Assembly (NCBI GenBank): GCA_022750435.1
Contig: JAKIVS010000009.1
Coordinates: 6,909-70,908 of the forward strand
Origin: Thermoplasmata archaeon
Lineage (GTDB): Archaea; Thermoplasmatota; Thermoplasmata; Lutacidiplasmatales; UBA184
Direction: 5' to 3'
DNA: 64,000 bases
In this document: in pieces, positions 43,564-52,166 of the stretch
Layout: each line of letters starts with the position of its first letter
Numbering within the stretch: position 1 is the first letter of the stretch
Translations under genes and position numbers: made by a program
The notes under the pieces: model-generated
The model's database searches: none
Told to the model about the DNA's origin: nothing
The model's input: the letters and a program-made list of their open reading frames with translations, nothing else

Positions 43564-44702
43564 AGGAGCAACTGCCTGGCCACGTGCGAGGGGAAGTCGA
43601 TGTCCCCGAACGCGACGATCGACGCCTTCAGCTCGGTCCCCTGCAGCGCCTCGATCAACTGGTCGAGGTCCCGGTCCGAGAGCCGGAGGAACAACTTCCG
43701 GAGGTAGAGCGCCTTCTGGAATTCGTCGCCGAGCTCCGTGCGCCACGCCCGATCGTACTCGGCGAGCGCGGCGGCGGAGAGGTCGCCCGAACGGAGCGCC
43801 CGGTCCGCGACCTCGGCGGCGATCTCCGCGCACCGCATCCCGGTGAAGATCCCCCCGCCGGAGAGGGGTTTCACCTGGGCCGCCGCGTCCCCGACGAGGA
43901 GCACCCGGTCGGTCGACGTCCTCGGGAGGGTCCCGATGGGGATCCCGGAGACGAGCAAGGCGGTCGGCGACCCGAGCTTCGTCGAGAACCGCCGCTCGAC
44001 CTGGCGCACGAGGCGGTCGTAGTACTCCCGCGCCGTCACCGGTCCGGCCGTCACCGCGACGCCGATGCGGGCGCCCCCGGCGCCATCGGGGATCCACCAG
44101 CCGAACAGGCCGGGGGAGATCGAGTTGCCGAGGTAGACCTCCACCTGGCCGGCATCGCCGGGCGAGTGCGGGATCTCCGCCTCGAAGGCGGGCAGAACCT
44201 CCACAGGGCGGCGCAACCGGAACGCCCGCGCGACCGCGCTCGCGACCCCGTCGGCGCCGACGACGAGTTTCGCCAGGATTGCGTGACGAACACCGTCGGC
44301 CCCCGAGAGTTCGCACACGATCGGCCCCTCCGCACTCGCGTCGGCGCGGTCGAACCGAAGCCCGGTACGGAACCGTGCCCCCGCATTGGCCGCCCGGTCG
44401 GCGAGGTGGACGTCGAGACCGGCCCGGTCGATGACGAACGCCCGCGGTCCGTCGGCGGCGAACGAGACGGAACCGAGGGAGGGGCCAAAGACGCTCGCCC
44501 CAGCGACGGCCGCGACGACCAACGAATTCGCGCCGGCGAGGTCGAGGACCCGCTGGCTCACGAGCCCCGCGCACTGGACTGGGTGACCAACGCGCGCGTG
44601 TTCCTCCACCACGAGCACGTCGTGGCCCCGGGCCGCGAGCTCGCGGGCGACGGTGGATCCGGCCGGTCCGGCGCCGACGACGAGAACGTCGACCGTCTCC
44701 AT
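43452..44702 (-). CDS. Geranylgeranyl reductase family (digeranylgeranylglycerophospholipid reductase-like) flavoprotein
   Basis: Starts at ATG 44702 (METVDVLVVGAGPAGSTVARELAARGHDVLVVEE). It has an FAD Rossmann fold and VGDAAAQVKPLSGGGI. Confidence 0.85.
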   Translation of the reverse strand: METVDVLVVGAGPAGSTVARELAARGHDVLVVEEHARVGHPVQCAGLVSQRVLDLAGANSLVVAAVAGASVFGPSLGSVSFAADGPRAFVIDRAGLDVHLADRAANAGARFRTGLRFDRADASAEGPIVCELSGADGVRHAILAKLVVGADGVASAVARAFRLRRPVEVLPAFEAEIPHSPGDAGQVEVYLGNSISPGLFGWWIPDGAGGARIGVAVTAGPVTAREYYDRLVRQVERRFSTKLGSPTALLVSGIPIGTLPRTSTDRVLLVGDAAAQVKPLSGGGIFTGMRCAEIAAEVADRALRSGDLSAAALAEYDRAWRTELGDEFQKALYLRKLFLRLSDRDLDQLIEALQGTELKASIVAFGDIDFPSHVARQLLLQSPSLLRLFPKAVSAWLGGGPALAPDLERGPRRTAQ

Positions 44703-44757
44703 CGAGGAGAGGAGCGGGGGCCGCCTCATAACGGCCGGGGTTCCCTCGACGTCGTCC

Positions 44758-44765
44758 TTAAGCAA
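44758..44765 (+). promoter_or_regulatory. TATA-like box about 25 nt upstream of GTG 44786
   Basis: TTAAGCAA is the only AT-rich patch in the gap. A weaker CATAAC at 44728-44733 lies ~28 nt from ATG 44702 on the other strand. Confidence 0.3.
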
Positions 44766-44785
44766 GCGTCCCTTCTCGCCGCGAC

Positions 44786-45778
44786 GTGGCAAAGCGCCGC
44801 ATCTCCTCCGCCGAGACCGACGAGGGGACAACGGTCGCCCGGACGCCGGAAGAGCGCCGCAAGCAGCGGAAAAAAGACCGCGCCTCCCGCAAGGCGGGCA
44901 AGACCGCCTCCTCCAGCAAGTGGCGGCGGGCCGCCTACATCGGGGTCCCCGTCGTGGTGGTCGTGGCCGTGGTCGTCGTCCTGATCACCCTGACCAACGC
45001 GAACTCCATCCCCTGCCTCCAGTTGTCCGGAGTGCCCGTGCAAACCTCGGGCGTGCCTGCGTTCCCGCCACACAACACCACCGATTTCTCGAAGTCCTGG
45101 TGCCCGCAGGGCGTCACCACCGTCCTCGCCTCGTTCCCGCTCCTCACCGTGTCGATCCAGGGGACGAGCGTGACGATCCCGTCGTCGGTGGGGCGGAACA
45201 CGAGCTACCCCGGCGGGGTCGAGTGCGACCTCCCGGTCCTGACGCGCGCGTCCGTTTCCGGATACCCGTCCGGAACAATCTACGTGGAAAGCCCGTGGGC
45301 ATTCGACTACAATCTCTCGACGTTCTTCTCCGTCTGGTCCCAGTCCTACGCGAACGTCTTCGTCAATTCGACCCACGCCTCGCAGCCGATCGTTTACCAG
45401 TCGAACGACCTGTTGGGATTCAGCTCGGACGCGACCCATTCGATTCACCTGTTCGTGGACGGAACGCCGTCGTCCGCAGGCCCCGCCCTCGGAATCGACA
45501 CCCTCGACTACGGGCCGAACCCGTACCCGAGCTGCATCGCGGAGAAGTACGGAACGGGCCACAAGATCCTGCTCACGTACACGGCCGCGAGTCCGGCGGC
45601 GCTCGGTGTGCGAGGACCTCCAGGGTTACTCGCGACCGGGCCCGCTGTGCTTGGCTGGGACGGACTCCTCTTCGACTCCCCGATGCCGCACCTCGGATTC
45701 GGGGCAGCCGACCGGACCGCCTTCGCCAAGCTCTCCCTCGGCAGCCTCTCCTGGCTCGTGGGTCGGCACGCGGCCTAG
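44786..45778 (+). CDS. Type II membrane-anchored extracellular protein, unknown function
   Basis: 330 aa with a Lys/Arg-rich N-terminus, a TM (AAYIGVPVVVVVAVVVVLITL) and a Cys-containing ectodomain with sequons (NTT, NTS, NLS, NST). GC3 is high. Confidence 0.6.
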   Translation: MAKRRISSAETDEGTTVARTPEERRKQRKKDRASRKAGKTASSSKWRRAAYIGVPVVVVVAVVVVLITLTNANSIPCLQLSGVPVQTSGVPAFPPHNTTDFSKSWCPQGVTTVLASFPLLTVSIQGTSVTIPSSVGRNTSYPGGVECDLPVLTRASVSGYPSGTIYVESPWAFDYNLSTFFSVWSQSYANVFVNSTHASQPIVYQSNDLLGFSSDATHSIHLFVDGTPSSAGPALGIDTLDYGPNPYPSCIAEKYGTGHKILLTYTAASPAALGVRGPPGLLATGPAVLGWDGLLFDSPMPHLGFGAADRTAFAKLSLGSLSWLVGRHAA

Positions 45779-45801
45779 GGACGGCCGCCTGCGCCGTCTG
45801 T

Positions 45802-46782
45802 CTATCGCCAGGGAGTCGGCACGAGGTCCGTCCGCTGGCGCGGTTGCACGGCCGAACGCTCGACGGGAACCGAGAGCCCCGCGCCCAAGGCCAAGTGGCC
45901 CGTCCAGGCGATCATCGCCCCGTTGTCGACGCAGAGCGACTTGGGAGGGGCGAACGAGGTGCCCCCCCGGCCCTCGGCCATGGCGCGGACCATACCCCGC
46001 AGGCGCTCATTGCAGGCGACCCCTCCCCCGAGGACGACGTCGGTGCGCCGTCGATGGGCGAGCGCGCGTTCGGTGATCTCCGTGAGCATCGAGTACGCCG
46101 TGTTCTCGACCGAGAAGGCGAGGTCGGGTTTCCCGGCGCCCTTCGCCCGCAAGGCGAGCGTGGCGGTGAGCATGCCGGAGAACGCGACGTCCATCCCGTG
46201 GACCGAATAGGGGAGCGACAGCAGCTCGGAGCCGCGGAGCGCCTCGGCCTCGATCGCCGGTCCCCCGGGGAACGTTCCGCCCATCGAGATCCAGAGCTTG
46301 TCGAGGAAGTTCCCGATCCCGACGTCGAGCGTCTCGCCGAGCACCCGGTACCGACCGGAGCCGTACGCGACGACCTGCGTGTTCCCGCCGGAGGCGTAGA
46401 GGAGCATCGGGTCGTCGATGCCGCTCAGCACGCGCGCGATCTCCACGTGGGCGACGCAGTGGTTGACCGGAACGAGCGGCTTGTTCCACGTGAGCGCGAG
46501 CATGCGGGCCACCGTCGCCCCGGCCCGCAGGCACGGCCCGAGGCCCGGTCCTTGCGCGAACGCGACGGCGTCGAGCTCGCTCGGCCGGATGTGGGCGTCG
46601 TCGAGCGCCTTCGCGACCAGGCCCGGGAGGACCTCGACATGGTGGTTCGCCGCCTCCCGAGGATGGATCCCGCCGTGCAGCGGTTTGAACATGTCCGTGG
46701 CGAGCGACAGCACCTCGGCGCGTTCGGTGACGATCCCGACGCTGGCCGTGTGGGCCGTCGACTCGATCCCTAGGAGCACCAC
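45802..46782 (-). CDS. kae1: tRNA N6-adenosine threonylcarbamoyltransferase Kae1 (KEOPS catalytic subunit)
   Basis: 326 aa. LGIESTAHTASVGIV, GPGLGPCLRAGA, VPVNHCVAHVE and GGGVACNERL are present. There is no fused Bud32 domain. Confidence 0.93.
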   Translation of the reverse strand: MVLLGIESTAHTASVGIVTERAEVLSLATDMFKPLHGGIHPREAANHHVEVLPGLVAKALDDAHIRPSELDAVAFAQGPGLGPCLRAGATVARMLALTWNKPLVPVNHCVAHVEIARVLSGIDDPMLLYASGGNTQVVAYGSGRYRVLGETLDVGIGNFLDKLWISMGGTFPGGPAIEAEALRGSELLSLPYSVHGMDVAFSGMLTATLALRAKGAGKPDLAFSVENTAYSMLTEITERALAHRRRTDVVLGGGVACNERLRGMVRAMAEGRGGTSFAPPKSLCVDNGAMIAWTGHLALGAGLSVPVERSAVQPRQRTDLVPTPWR

Positions 46783-46823
46783 AGGCGGTGGGAGGCCGAC
46801 GGCCTCAAAAGAACCGACCCGCG

Positions 46824-47054
46824 CTAATCGTCGGCAGATTCGAGCCGGAAGAAGACGCCCTTCCCCTTCAGCGTCGCCTGCACGCGGTCGGCGAGCTCGA
46901 GCGACTCGCGGACCCCCGGCGTCCGGTTCCAGTCGTAGACGAAATCGTAGCCCCCCTCGTGCGGCCGGAACCCGGCGTCCTCGAGGAGGTCGGCGATCTC
47001 CGAGAACGGCGCCCCCTCGCTGTCGAGCTGGAGGAGGAGGAACGTCCGCATCAT
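46824..47054 (-). CDS. Small (76 aa) acidic hypothetical protein
   Basis: MMRTFLLLQLDSEGAPFSEIADLLEDAGFRPHEGGYDFVYDWNRTPGVRESLELADRVQATLKGKGVFFRLESADD. GC3 is high and the hydrophobic pattern looks beta-alpha-beta-alpha-beta. It lies between kae1 and tgtA. Confidence 0.5.
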   Translation of the reverse strand: MMRTFLLLQLDSEGAPFSEIADLLEDAGFRPHEGGYDFVYDWNRTPGVRESLELADRVQATLKGKGVFFRLESADD

Positions 47055-47076
47055 CGACCGGACCGGCGCCGGGGGC

Positions 47077-49011
47077 TTAAAGAGCGCCGGGGTCGGCGGC
47101 CACGTCCTCGTCCGGCTCCTCGGCTTCTTCGCCCCGCTCGTGGCCGATGACCCGCACGGCGACGCCGCGCTTCAGGCGTCCCATCTCGCCCGGCGCGAGG
47201 AGGAGGCGACCGACGGCCAGCAGCGTGTCGTCCTTGTCCACCAGGAGGGCGCTCGCGCCGGGAACGAGCGTGAGGTCCCCGCCGATCACGAATCGGGAGA
47301 ACAGGCTACGGCCCTCACGGACGAACGGCACCGCGTCGGCGTCGACGACCACCCGGCTCGCCGGGGACGGGAGCGTGGCGTGAAGGAGCTGCGCCCCGCG
47401 CCACGTCGGTCGCACAAGCCCGTCGGTGCCCACGTGGAAGAGGATGACGCCGTCCCGCTCGACCCGGCGAAGACGCCCGGTCTTCGGCGAGCGCCGGCCG
47501 AGGAGGTTCGCGGCCCGCAGCGCGGTCGCCGCGGCGGGCCCGTACCGCCAGGCAATCAGCGCGTCGACTTGCCGGCGGGTCCACTCGGGCGACCAGTCGC
47601 GCTCCCGGTCGACGGCGAGCCCCTCGAGCGCTTCCCCGAACCCACCCGCGCGGGGTCGGGCGTCGAACTCGTCCGGCGCGAGGTAGCAGCCGGCGGGATA
47701 GACGTCCGCGAGCTCGATCGGAACCGCCCCGACGGGACGGAGCACCTCCCAGTCGAGGGTCGCCCCATCCCGGGTCTGGGCCGGCAGGGTCCTGAGCGCG
47801 ACCGTCGTGAGGGGAACGAAGGGGAGCGTCCGGTACGGTCCGCGACCCTGCTTGAATCCATCGAGGCGGGCGAGGAATCGAATCACGGACGGCCGCAGGC
47901 CGGTCGTCGCCACCGTCGACCGGAGCGTCCGCCGGCTCTCCGGCTCGGTAGGCAAGAAGATCCGGGTCCCCCGGATCGCCGCGCGGAGGCCGGCGGCGAG
48001 GGCGGGGTGTCCGGTGGAGCGGCGCTCGGCGAGCTCCCAGAGGGTTCCGTCGCGGATCGCCTGCCGCACCCGGCCCATCTCCTCGGAGCAAACGAGCAGG
48101 TTGTGCTCGGCGATCCGTCGTTCCCGTTCACTTCCGGGGAGCCCCGCGACTTCGGTGAGCGGTACCTCCGCGCACAGCATGCACCGACAGACCCGTTCCT
48201 GGATCGAATCGATGGAGATGCTCCCCTCGGGAAACATGAGCGTCCCGCGACGTGCGAACTTGAGGTACGCCGAGGAGTCGAACAAGTCGACACCGAACAG
48301 CGAAGCGAAGGCGAACGTCATCGGATGACCGGTCCCGAACAGGTGGACAACGCCCTCCGGCGCGAGCCCGGGCCGCGCCGCAATGAGCACCCGGGCGAGG
48401 TCGGCGAACCGGTAGCGCTCCATCAGCGGCACGACGCCGCCGACGGCGAGCACGTCGCCGGTCATCGACGCCGCGGCGGCGGACTCGCGGCGAAGCTCCG
48501 GGTCGAGACCACCCTGGACCGGGACCGCGAGGAGCCCCGCCCGGTCCGCCCGGGCCTTGGTCGCGCGCGCCGTCGTCTCGGCGACGCCCCGGGCCGCGTC
48601 CTCCCGGGGGGCGTCGGGTTCGACGAAGATGTCGAGCACCGTCGCGATGTCGGTGCCGATGCGGCCCTGGAAGTGGAGGATCTGCTCGTGGGTGACCTCG
48701 ACGTGGCCGTACGCGTGCTGCTGAAAGGCCCCGGAGTCGGTCATCACCGGCCCGTCGAAGTCGATCAATCCGTGCACGCCCTTCTCCTCGGCGATCTCCC
48801 GGAGCGGCGGCGTTCGCCAGATGATGTACGACGACGTGATCACCGCGCCGAGGCCGAAGCGGCTGCGGAGCTCCTTCGGATGGACCGGCTGCCGTGCGAG
48901 GTCGGGGTGGACCACCGGCAACAGCGCCGGCGTCTCGATCGGTCCGTGGGGAGTAGAGAACCGCCCGATCCGCGCGAGACCGTCCCGCGCGAGGAGCTCG
49001 AACTCCCCCAT
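47077..49011 (-). CDS. tgtA: Archaeosine tRNA-guanine transglycosylase (ArcTGT) with C-terminal PUA region
   Basis: 644 aa. FELLARDGLARIGRFSTPHGPIETPALLPVV, TDSGAFQ, the zinc site CRCMLC and a long C-terminal extension typical of archaeal TgtA are present. Confidence 0.9.
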   Translation of the reverse strand: MGEFELLARDGLARIGRFSTPHGPIETPALLPVVHPDLARQPVHPKELRSRFGLGAVITSSYIIWRTPPLREIAEEKGVHGLIDFDGPVMTDSGAFQQHAYGHVEVTHEQILHFQGRIGTDIATVLDIFVEPDAPREDAARGVAETTARATKARADRAGLLAVPVQGGLDPELRRESAAAASMTGDVLAVGGVVPLMERYRFADLARVLIAARPGLAPEGVVHLFGTGHPMTFAFASLFGVDLFDSSAYLKFARRGTLMFPEGSISIDSIQERVCRCMLCAEVPLTEVAGLPGSERERRIAEHNLLVCSEEMGRVRQAIRDGTLWELAERRSTGHPALAAGLRAAIRGTRIFLPTEPESRRTLRSTVATTGLRPSVIRFLARLDGFKQGRGPYRTLPFVPLTTVALRTLPAQTRDGATLDWEVLRPVGAVPIELADVYPAGCYLAPDEFDARPRAGGFGEALEGLAVDRERDWSPEWTRRQVDALIAWRYGPAAATALRAANLLGRRSPKTGRLRRVERDGVILFHVGTDGLVRPTWRGAQLLHATLPSPASRVVVDADAVPFVREGRSLFSRFVIGGDLTLVPGASALLVDKDDTLLAVGRLLLAPGEMGRLKRGVAVRVIGHERGEEAEEPDEDVAADPGAL

Positions 49012-49036
49012 TCTCGCCGCCGACGGGCGGGTTCGG

Positions 49037-49750
49037 TTAACGTTGGCGCGCCGCCGAACGTCCGTCGTCCCACGACGCCCGGATCCGGCGGAGAAGGTCG
49101 ACGAGCATCGGGAGCGTCAGCTTCCGCGTGTTGGTGTTCTGCGGGCTCGGGTGGAACGACGCCCAGACGATTGGCCGACCCGGCCCGAGCGTCGCCGCCG
49201 CTCCGTGGGCGAACGCCGTCGTCGGTCGTGGGACCTGGAAGTGGGCCGCCGCGGCATCGAGCGTCGCCTCCCAGGCAAACCCACCGAGCGCGAGGTAGGC
49301 GCGGGCGTTCGTGAGGAGGGAGAGCTCCCGGTCGAGGAATGGGCGGCACGCGGACGTCTCCTCCGGTCGCGGCCGGTTGTCGGGCGGGACGCAGCGAACG
49401 GCCGCGGTGAGGTAGAGGTCCCGGTAGGACAGTCCGTCGCCGCGGCGCACCGACGTCGGCTGGCTCGCGAACCCCGCGTCGTAGAGGGCCCTCACGAGGA
49501 ACGCGGCGGACCGGTCCCCCGTGAAGACGCGGCCCGTGCGGTTCGACCCGTGGGCGGCCGGCGCGAGCCCGACCGCGACCAGGCGGGCCGAGGGATCTCC
49601 GAACCCGGGCACGGGACGACCCCAGTACTCTTCCGCCCGAAACTCGCGCTTGCGCTCCTTCGCGACCCGCTCGCGGTACGCGACGAGTCGCGGGCACCTC
49701 CGGCAGCCGACCACCTCCTCCCGCAACCGCTGCAACGTATCGTCGGCCAT
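49037..49750 (-). CDS. Uracil-DNA glycosylase, family 5 (UDGb)-like, Fe-S type
   Basis: 237 aa. CRRCPRL is present, and motif A reads GLAPAAHGSNRTGRVFTGD (GLAPA rather than the family-4 GEAPG). HPSPQN is also present. Confidence 0.82.
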   Translation of the reverse strand: MADDTLQRLREEVVGCRRCPRLVAYRERVAKERKREFRAEEYWGRPVPGFGDPSARLVAVGLAPAAHGSNRTGRVFTGDRSAAFLVRALYDAGFASQPTSVRRGDGLSYRDLYLTAAVRCVPPDNRPRPEETSACRPFLDRELSLLTNARAYLALGGFAWEATLDAAAAHFQVPRPTTAFAHGAAATLGPGRPIVWASFHPSPQNTNTRKLTLPMLVDLLRRIRASWDDGRSAARQR

Positions 49751-49769
49751 CGGGAACGTCGCTCGACGC

Positions 49770-49786
49770 GGTCACCGGAAGTGACC
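49770..49786. promoter_or_regulatory. Perfect inverted repeat GGTCAC-n5-GTGACC abutting a TATA-like box
   Basis: GGTCACCGGAAGTGACC lies in the UDG/bactofilin-like divergent gap, immediately upstream of TATCCTATTA (49787-49796). It is a candidate operator. Confidence 0.35.
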
Positions 49787-49796
49787 TATCCTATTA
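49787..49796 (+). promoter_or_regulatory. TATA-like box about 27 nt upstream of ATG 49821
   Basis: TATCCTATTA; the spacing implies a leaderless mRNA for the bactofilin-like gene. Confidence 0.4.
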
Positions 49797-49820
49797 GAAG
49801 CCGGAACCGTCGCTCTCTCG

Positions 49821-51044
49821 ATGACGGACGTCGAAGTACCGAAGGGTGGCCGGGTCGTGCTCGGCGCGGTGGACGGGAACCTCACCGCGGGCAAATCCGT
49901 GCGGATCGAGGGGGCTCCCGGCACGGGCGTGGTCGTCTCCGGAGATGCGAAGTTCGAGGGAGACGCCACCCTCATCGGCGACTTCCGGTGCCGGCGGTTC
50001 AAGGCGAAGGGCGGACGAATCCAGGCCGACGGGGCGGTCCGCGCCAGCGAGGAGTTCACGGCCGACGATTCGGTCGTGGAGGTCCGCGGACCGCTCGAGT
50101 CGCCCCGCGTGGAGGTCGAGCGGGAGCTGAATCTGCACGCGGACTCGAAGGTCGGCCGGCTGGACGTCGGAGGGACCCTGGAGGCGGACGGCGCGGTCGA
50201 AGGGGAGCGTCTTCACATCGGGGGCCGGGTCCGGATCGCCGGACGGACGACCGCCGAGGAGGTCAGCGTCGGGGGCCGGGCCGAGCTGGGCGAGGTCCGT
50301 CTCGCGCGGTTCGAGGTCGGCGGCGTCGGCGTCGTCGGGGGCGGGACGATCCGCGACCACGTCGAGGTCGGCGGGAAATTCTCTTCGACCGCACCGCTCA
50401 CGTTCGGACGTCTCGAGGTCGGCGGCAGCGTGGCCCTCGCCGGTGGCTCCAAGGGAGGATCGATCGAGGTCGGGGGCGTGATCCGGGTCGCGGGCGACCT
50501 GACGTTCGACGGCCTCGAGGTCGGGGGCATCGCCGAGATCGCCGGGAACGCCGCCGGTCGCGGGGTGGAGGTCGGGGGACAGTTCCGGGTCGACGGGAAC
50601 TTGACGCTCACGGACGGCATCGAGGTGGGGGGCCGCGGGACGGTCGGGGGCGATGTGGCGGCCCGCGACCTCGAGGTCGGGGGCGAATTCCGCGCCCGCA
50701 AGGCCATCTTCTCGGGCCGCGCCGAGGTCTCCGGGTCGATCCGTACCGAGCTCGGGCTCCGGGCCGCCTCCATCGAGATTCGGAAGAAGTCGCAGGTCCG
50801 GGGGCCGCTCGTCGCCGACCGGGTCGTCCTCGGTCGGGGTTCGGAAGCCGAGCTCGTGTTCGGCGGCAAGGTCGACGTCGGCTCCGATGCCCGGGTCGGA
50901 CGGATCGTGGCCGACGAGGTCGACATCGGTTCGGGCGCCTCGGTCGGCCGCGTGGAGTACGTCCGGTCGCTCAAGATGGACCGAACCGCGCGGACCGATG
51001 AGCCGCCCGTCCAGATCGCGAGCCGTCCGGCGCCGCCGGTGTAG
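49821..51044 (+). CDS. Bactofilin-like (DUF583, polymer-forming cytoskeletal) beta-helical repeat protein, about 20 windings
   Basis: 407 aa, nearly all made of 17-18-residue units of the type x-[LIV]-E-V-G-G-x-h-x-h-x-G-x-h-x-x-x. An example run is LEVGGSVALAGGSKGGSIEVGGVIRVAGDLTFDGLEVGGIAEIAGNAAGRGVEVGGQFRVDGN. There are no TM helices and no signal peptide, and the C-terminal tail is Pro-rich. Confidence 0.7.
   Translation: MTDVEVPKGGRVVLGAVDGNLTAGKSVRIEGAPGTGVVVSGDAKFEGDATLIGDFRCRRFKAKGGRIQADGAVRASEEFTADDSVVEVRGPLESPRVEVERELNLHADSKVGRLDVGGTLEADGAVEGERLHIGGRVRIAGRTTAEEVSVGGRAELGEVRLARFEVGGVGVVGGGTIRDHVEVGGKFSSTAPLTFGRLEVGGSVALAGGSKGGSIEVGGVIRVAGDLTFDGLEVGGIAEIAGNAAGRGVEVGGQFRVDGNLTLTDGIEVGGRGTVGGDVAARDLEVGGEFRARKAIFSGRAEVSGSIRTELGLRAASIEIRKKSQVRGPLVADRVVLGRGSEAELVFGGKVDVGSDARVGRIVADEVDIGSGASVGRVEYVRSLKMDRTARTDEPPVQIASRPAPPV
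50163..50735 (+). repeat. Intragenic 51-bp (17-codon) periodicity, at least 11 units
   Basis: The xVGG tetrapeptide recurs at residues 115, 132, 149, 165, 182, 199, 216, 233, 250, 268 and 285, then EVSG at 302. The DNA core GAGGTCGG(G/C)GG recurs every ~51 bp. Confidence 0.8.
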
Positions 51045-51046
51045 CC

Positions 51047-51385
51047 GTGCCGGCGTTCGCCTCGATGGACCGCCAAAGGCCCGGCGCCGGGCGCCGGCGC
51101 GAGCGGACCGACCTGTTCGCGACGATCCTTGAGGTCGTCAAGCGCTACGAGGGCGACGGGCGGATCACGCGGATCTCCTACGGCGCGGGGATGCCGGTCG
51201 ACCGCCTTCGGTCGTCGGTGGAGCGCTTGGTCTCCCTCGGGCTCGTGAAGACGACCCCGCAGGAAGGCTACGTCACCTACGACATCACCGCCCGTGGTCA
51301 GGAGTTCCTCGACACCTACTGGAAGATGCGAGGGTTCACCGAGCTGCTGGAAGCGCGGACGCCGCCCGAACCGCACCACCGGTAA
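51047..51385 (+). CDS. Winged helix-turn-helix DNA-binding protein
   Basis: 112 aa, starting at GTG 51047 (2 nt after the bactofilin-like stop) or ATG 51065. RTDLFATILEVVKRYEGDGRITRISYGAGMPVDRLRSSVERLVSLGLVKT...YDITARGQEFL fits a small archaeal wHTH. Confidence 0.6.
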   Translation: MPAFASMDRQRPGAGRRRERTDLFATILEVVKRYEGDGRITRISYGAGMPVDRLRSSVERLVSLGLVKTTPQEGYVTYDITARGQEFLDTYWKMRGFTELLEARTPPEPHHR

Positions 51386-51428
51386 ACGCGCGCGTCCCTG
51401 GTCTCCCGGGAGTCCCGGTCCGCGTCGG

Positions 51429-52166
51429 CTAGACCTGGCGCCACCGCAGGCCCCGCGCGATCATCACGACGGAGCCGAGCGCGAAGGCACTGAGGACGAT
51501 CGTCGCCTCGAGGACCGTCGTTGCGTTGGCGGCGAGAAGTCCGGTCAACAGCACCGTTCCCCACGTGATCGGCCAGAGGTAGGCGATGATCCGCAGCGGC
51601 TCGGGGAGGAACGTCACCGGATAGAATACGGGGGCGAAGAACGTCATGACGATCCCGACGAACTGCGCGATCTGATTGATCTGTCGCGGGGTGCGGCCGA
51701 ACACCCCGATGGCGAAGCCGATGCCGAGCGTGGACGCCCAGACGAGGAGGAATCCGACGAACAGGACCGGTACAATTGAGAGCGGGAGGACCACCCCGAA
51801 CGCCAGCACGCCGGCCGCGATCGTCACCGCGGCGGAGAGGAGCGAGAACGGGAGGAGGGAGAGGGCGAGCGAGCTGACGTAGACGATCGGCGAGACCGGA
51901 AGGGAGACCCACAGGTCGTACACTTTGCTCTGCTTGTCGTTCCCGATGCTCTGGGCGACGACGTTGACGTTCAGGAGGGCCATCTCCATCATCACCGCGC
52001 CCACGACGACCTGGGTGCGCAGCCCCGGCTGGACGATCGCGCCGAGAAAAAACAGGAACCCCAGCGGGAACAGGACCACGAAGCCGAGGATCAGGCCGAG
52101 CTCCCGGAGGTAGGTACGCAGCGCCGCGACGGTCGCGACGCCGATCTGCCGAACCGTGGAGATCAT
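51429..52166 (-). CDS. ABC-2 type transporter permease
   Basis: Starts at ATG 52166 (MISTVRQIGV...), overlapping the ATPase stop (ATGA). It is 245 aa with six hydrophobic helices and sits inside shadow ORF 51429..52853. Confidence 0.8.
   Translation of the reverse strand: MISTVRQIGVATVAALRTYLRELGLILGFVVLFPLGFLFFLGAIVQPGLRTQVVVGAVMMEMALLNVNVVAQSIGNDKQSKVYDLWVSLPVSPIVYVSSLALSLLPFSLLSAAVTIAAGVLAFGVVLPLSIVPVLFVGFLLVWASTLGIGFAIGVFGRTPRQINQIAQFVGIVMTFFAPVFYPVTFLPEPLRIIAYLWPITWGTVLLTGLLAANATTVLEATIVLSAFALGSVVMIARGLRWRQV

Noticed and set aside
44653-46773. 706-aa plus-strand ORF
   Set aside because: It is out of frame with the 44786..45778 membrane protein and antisense to kae1. It is R/G/P-rich with no motifs.
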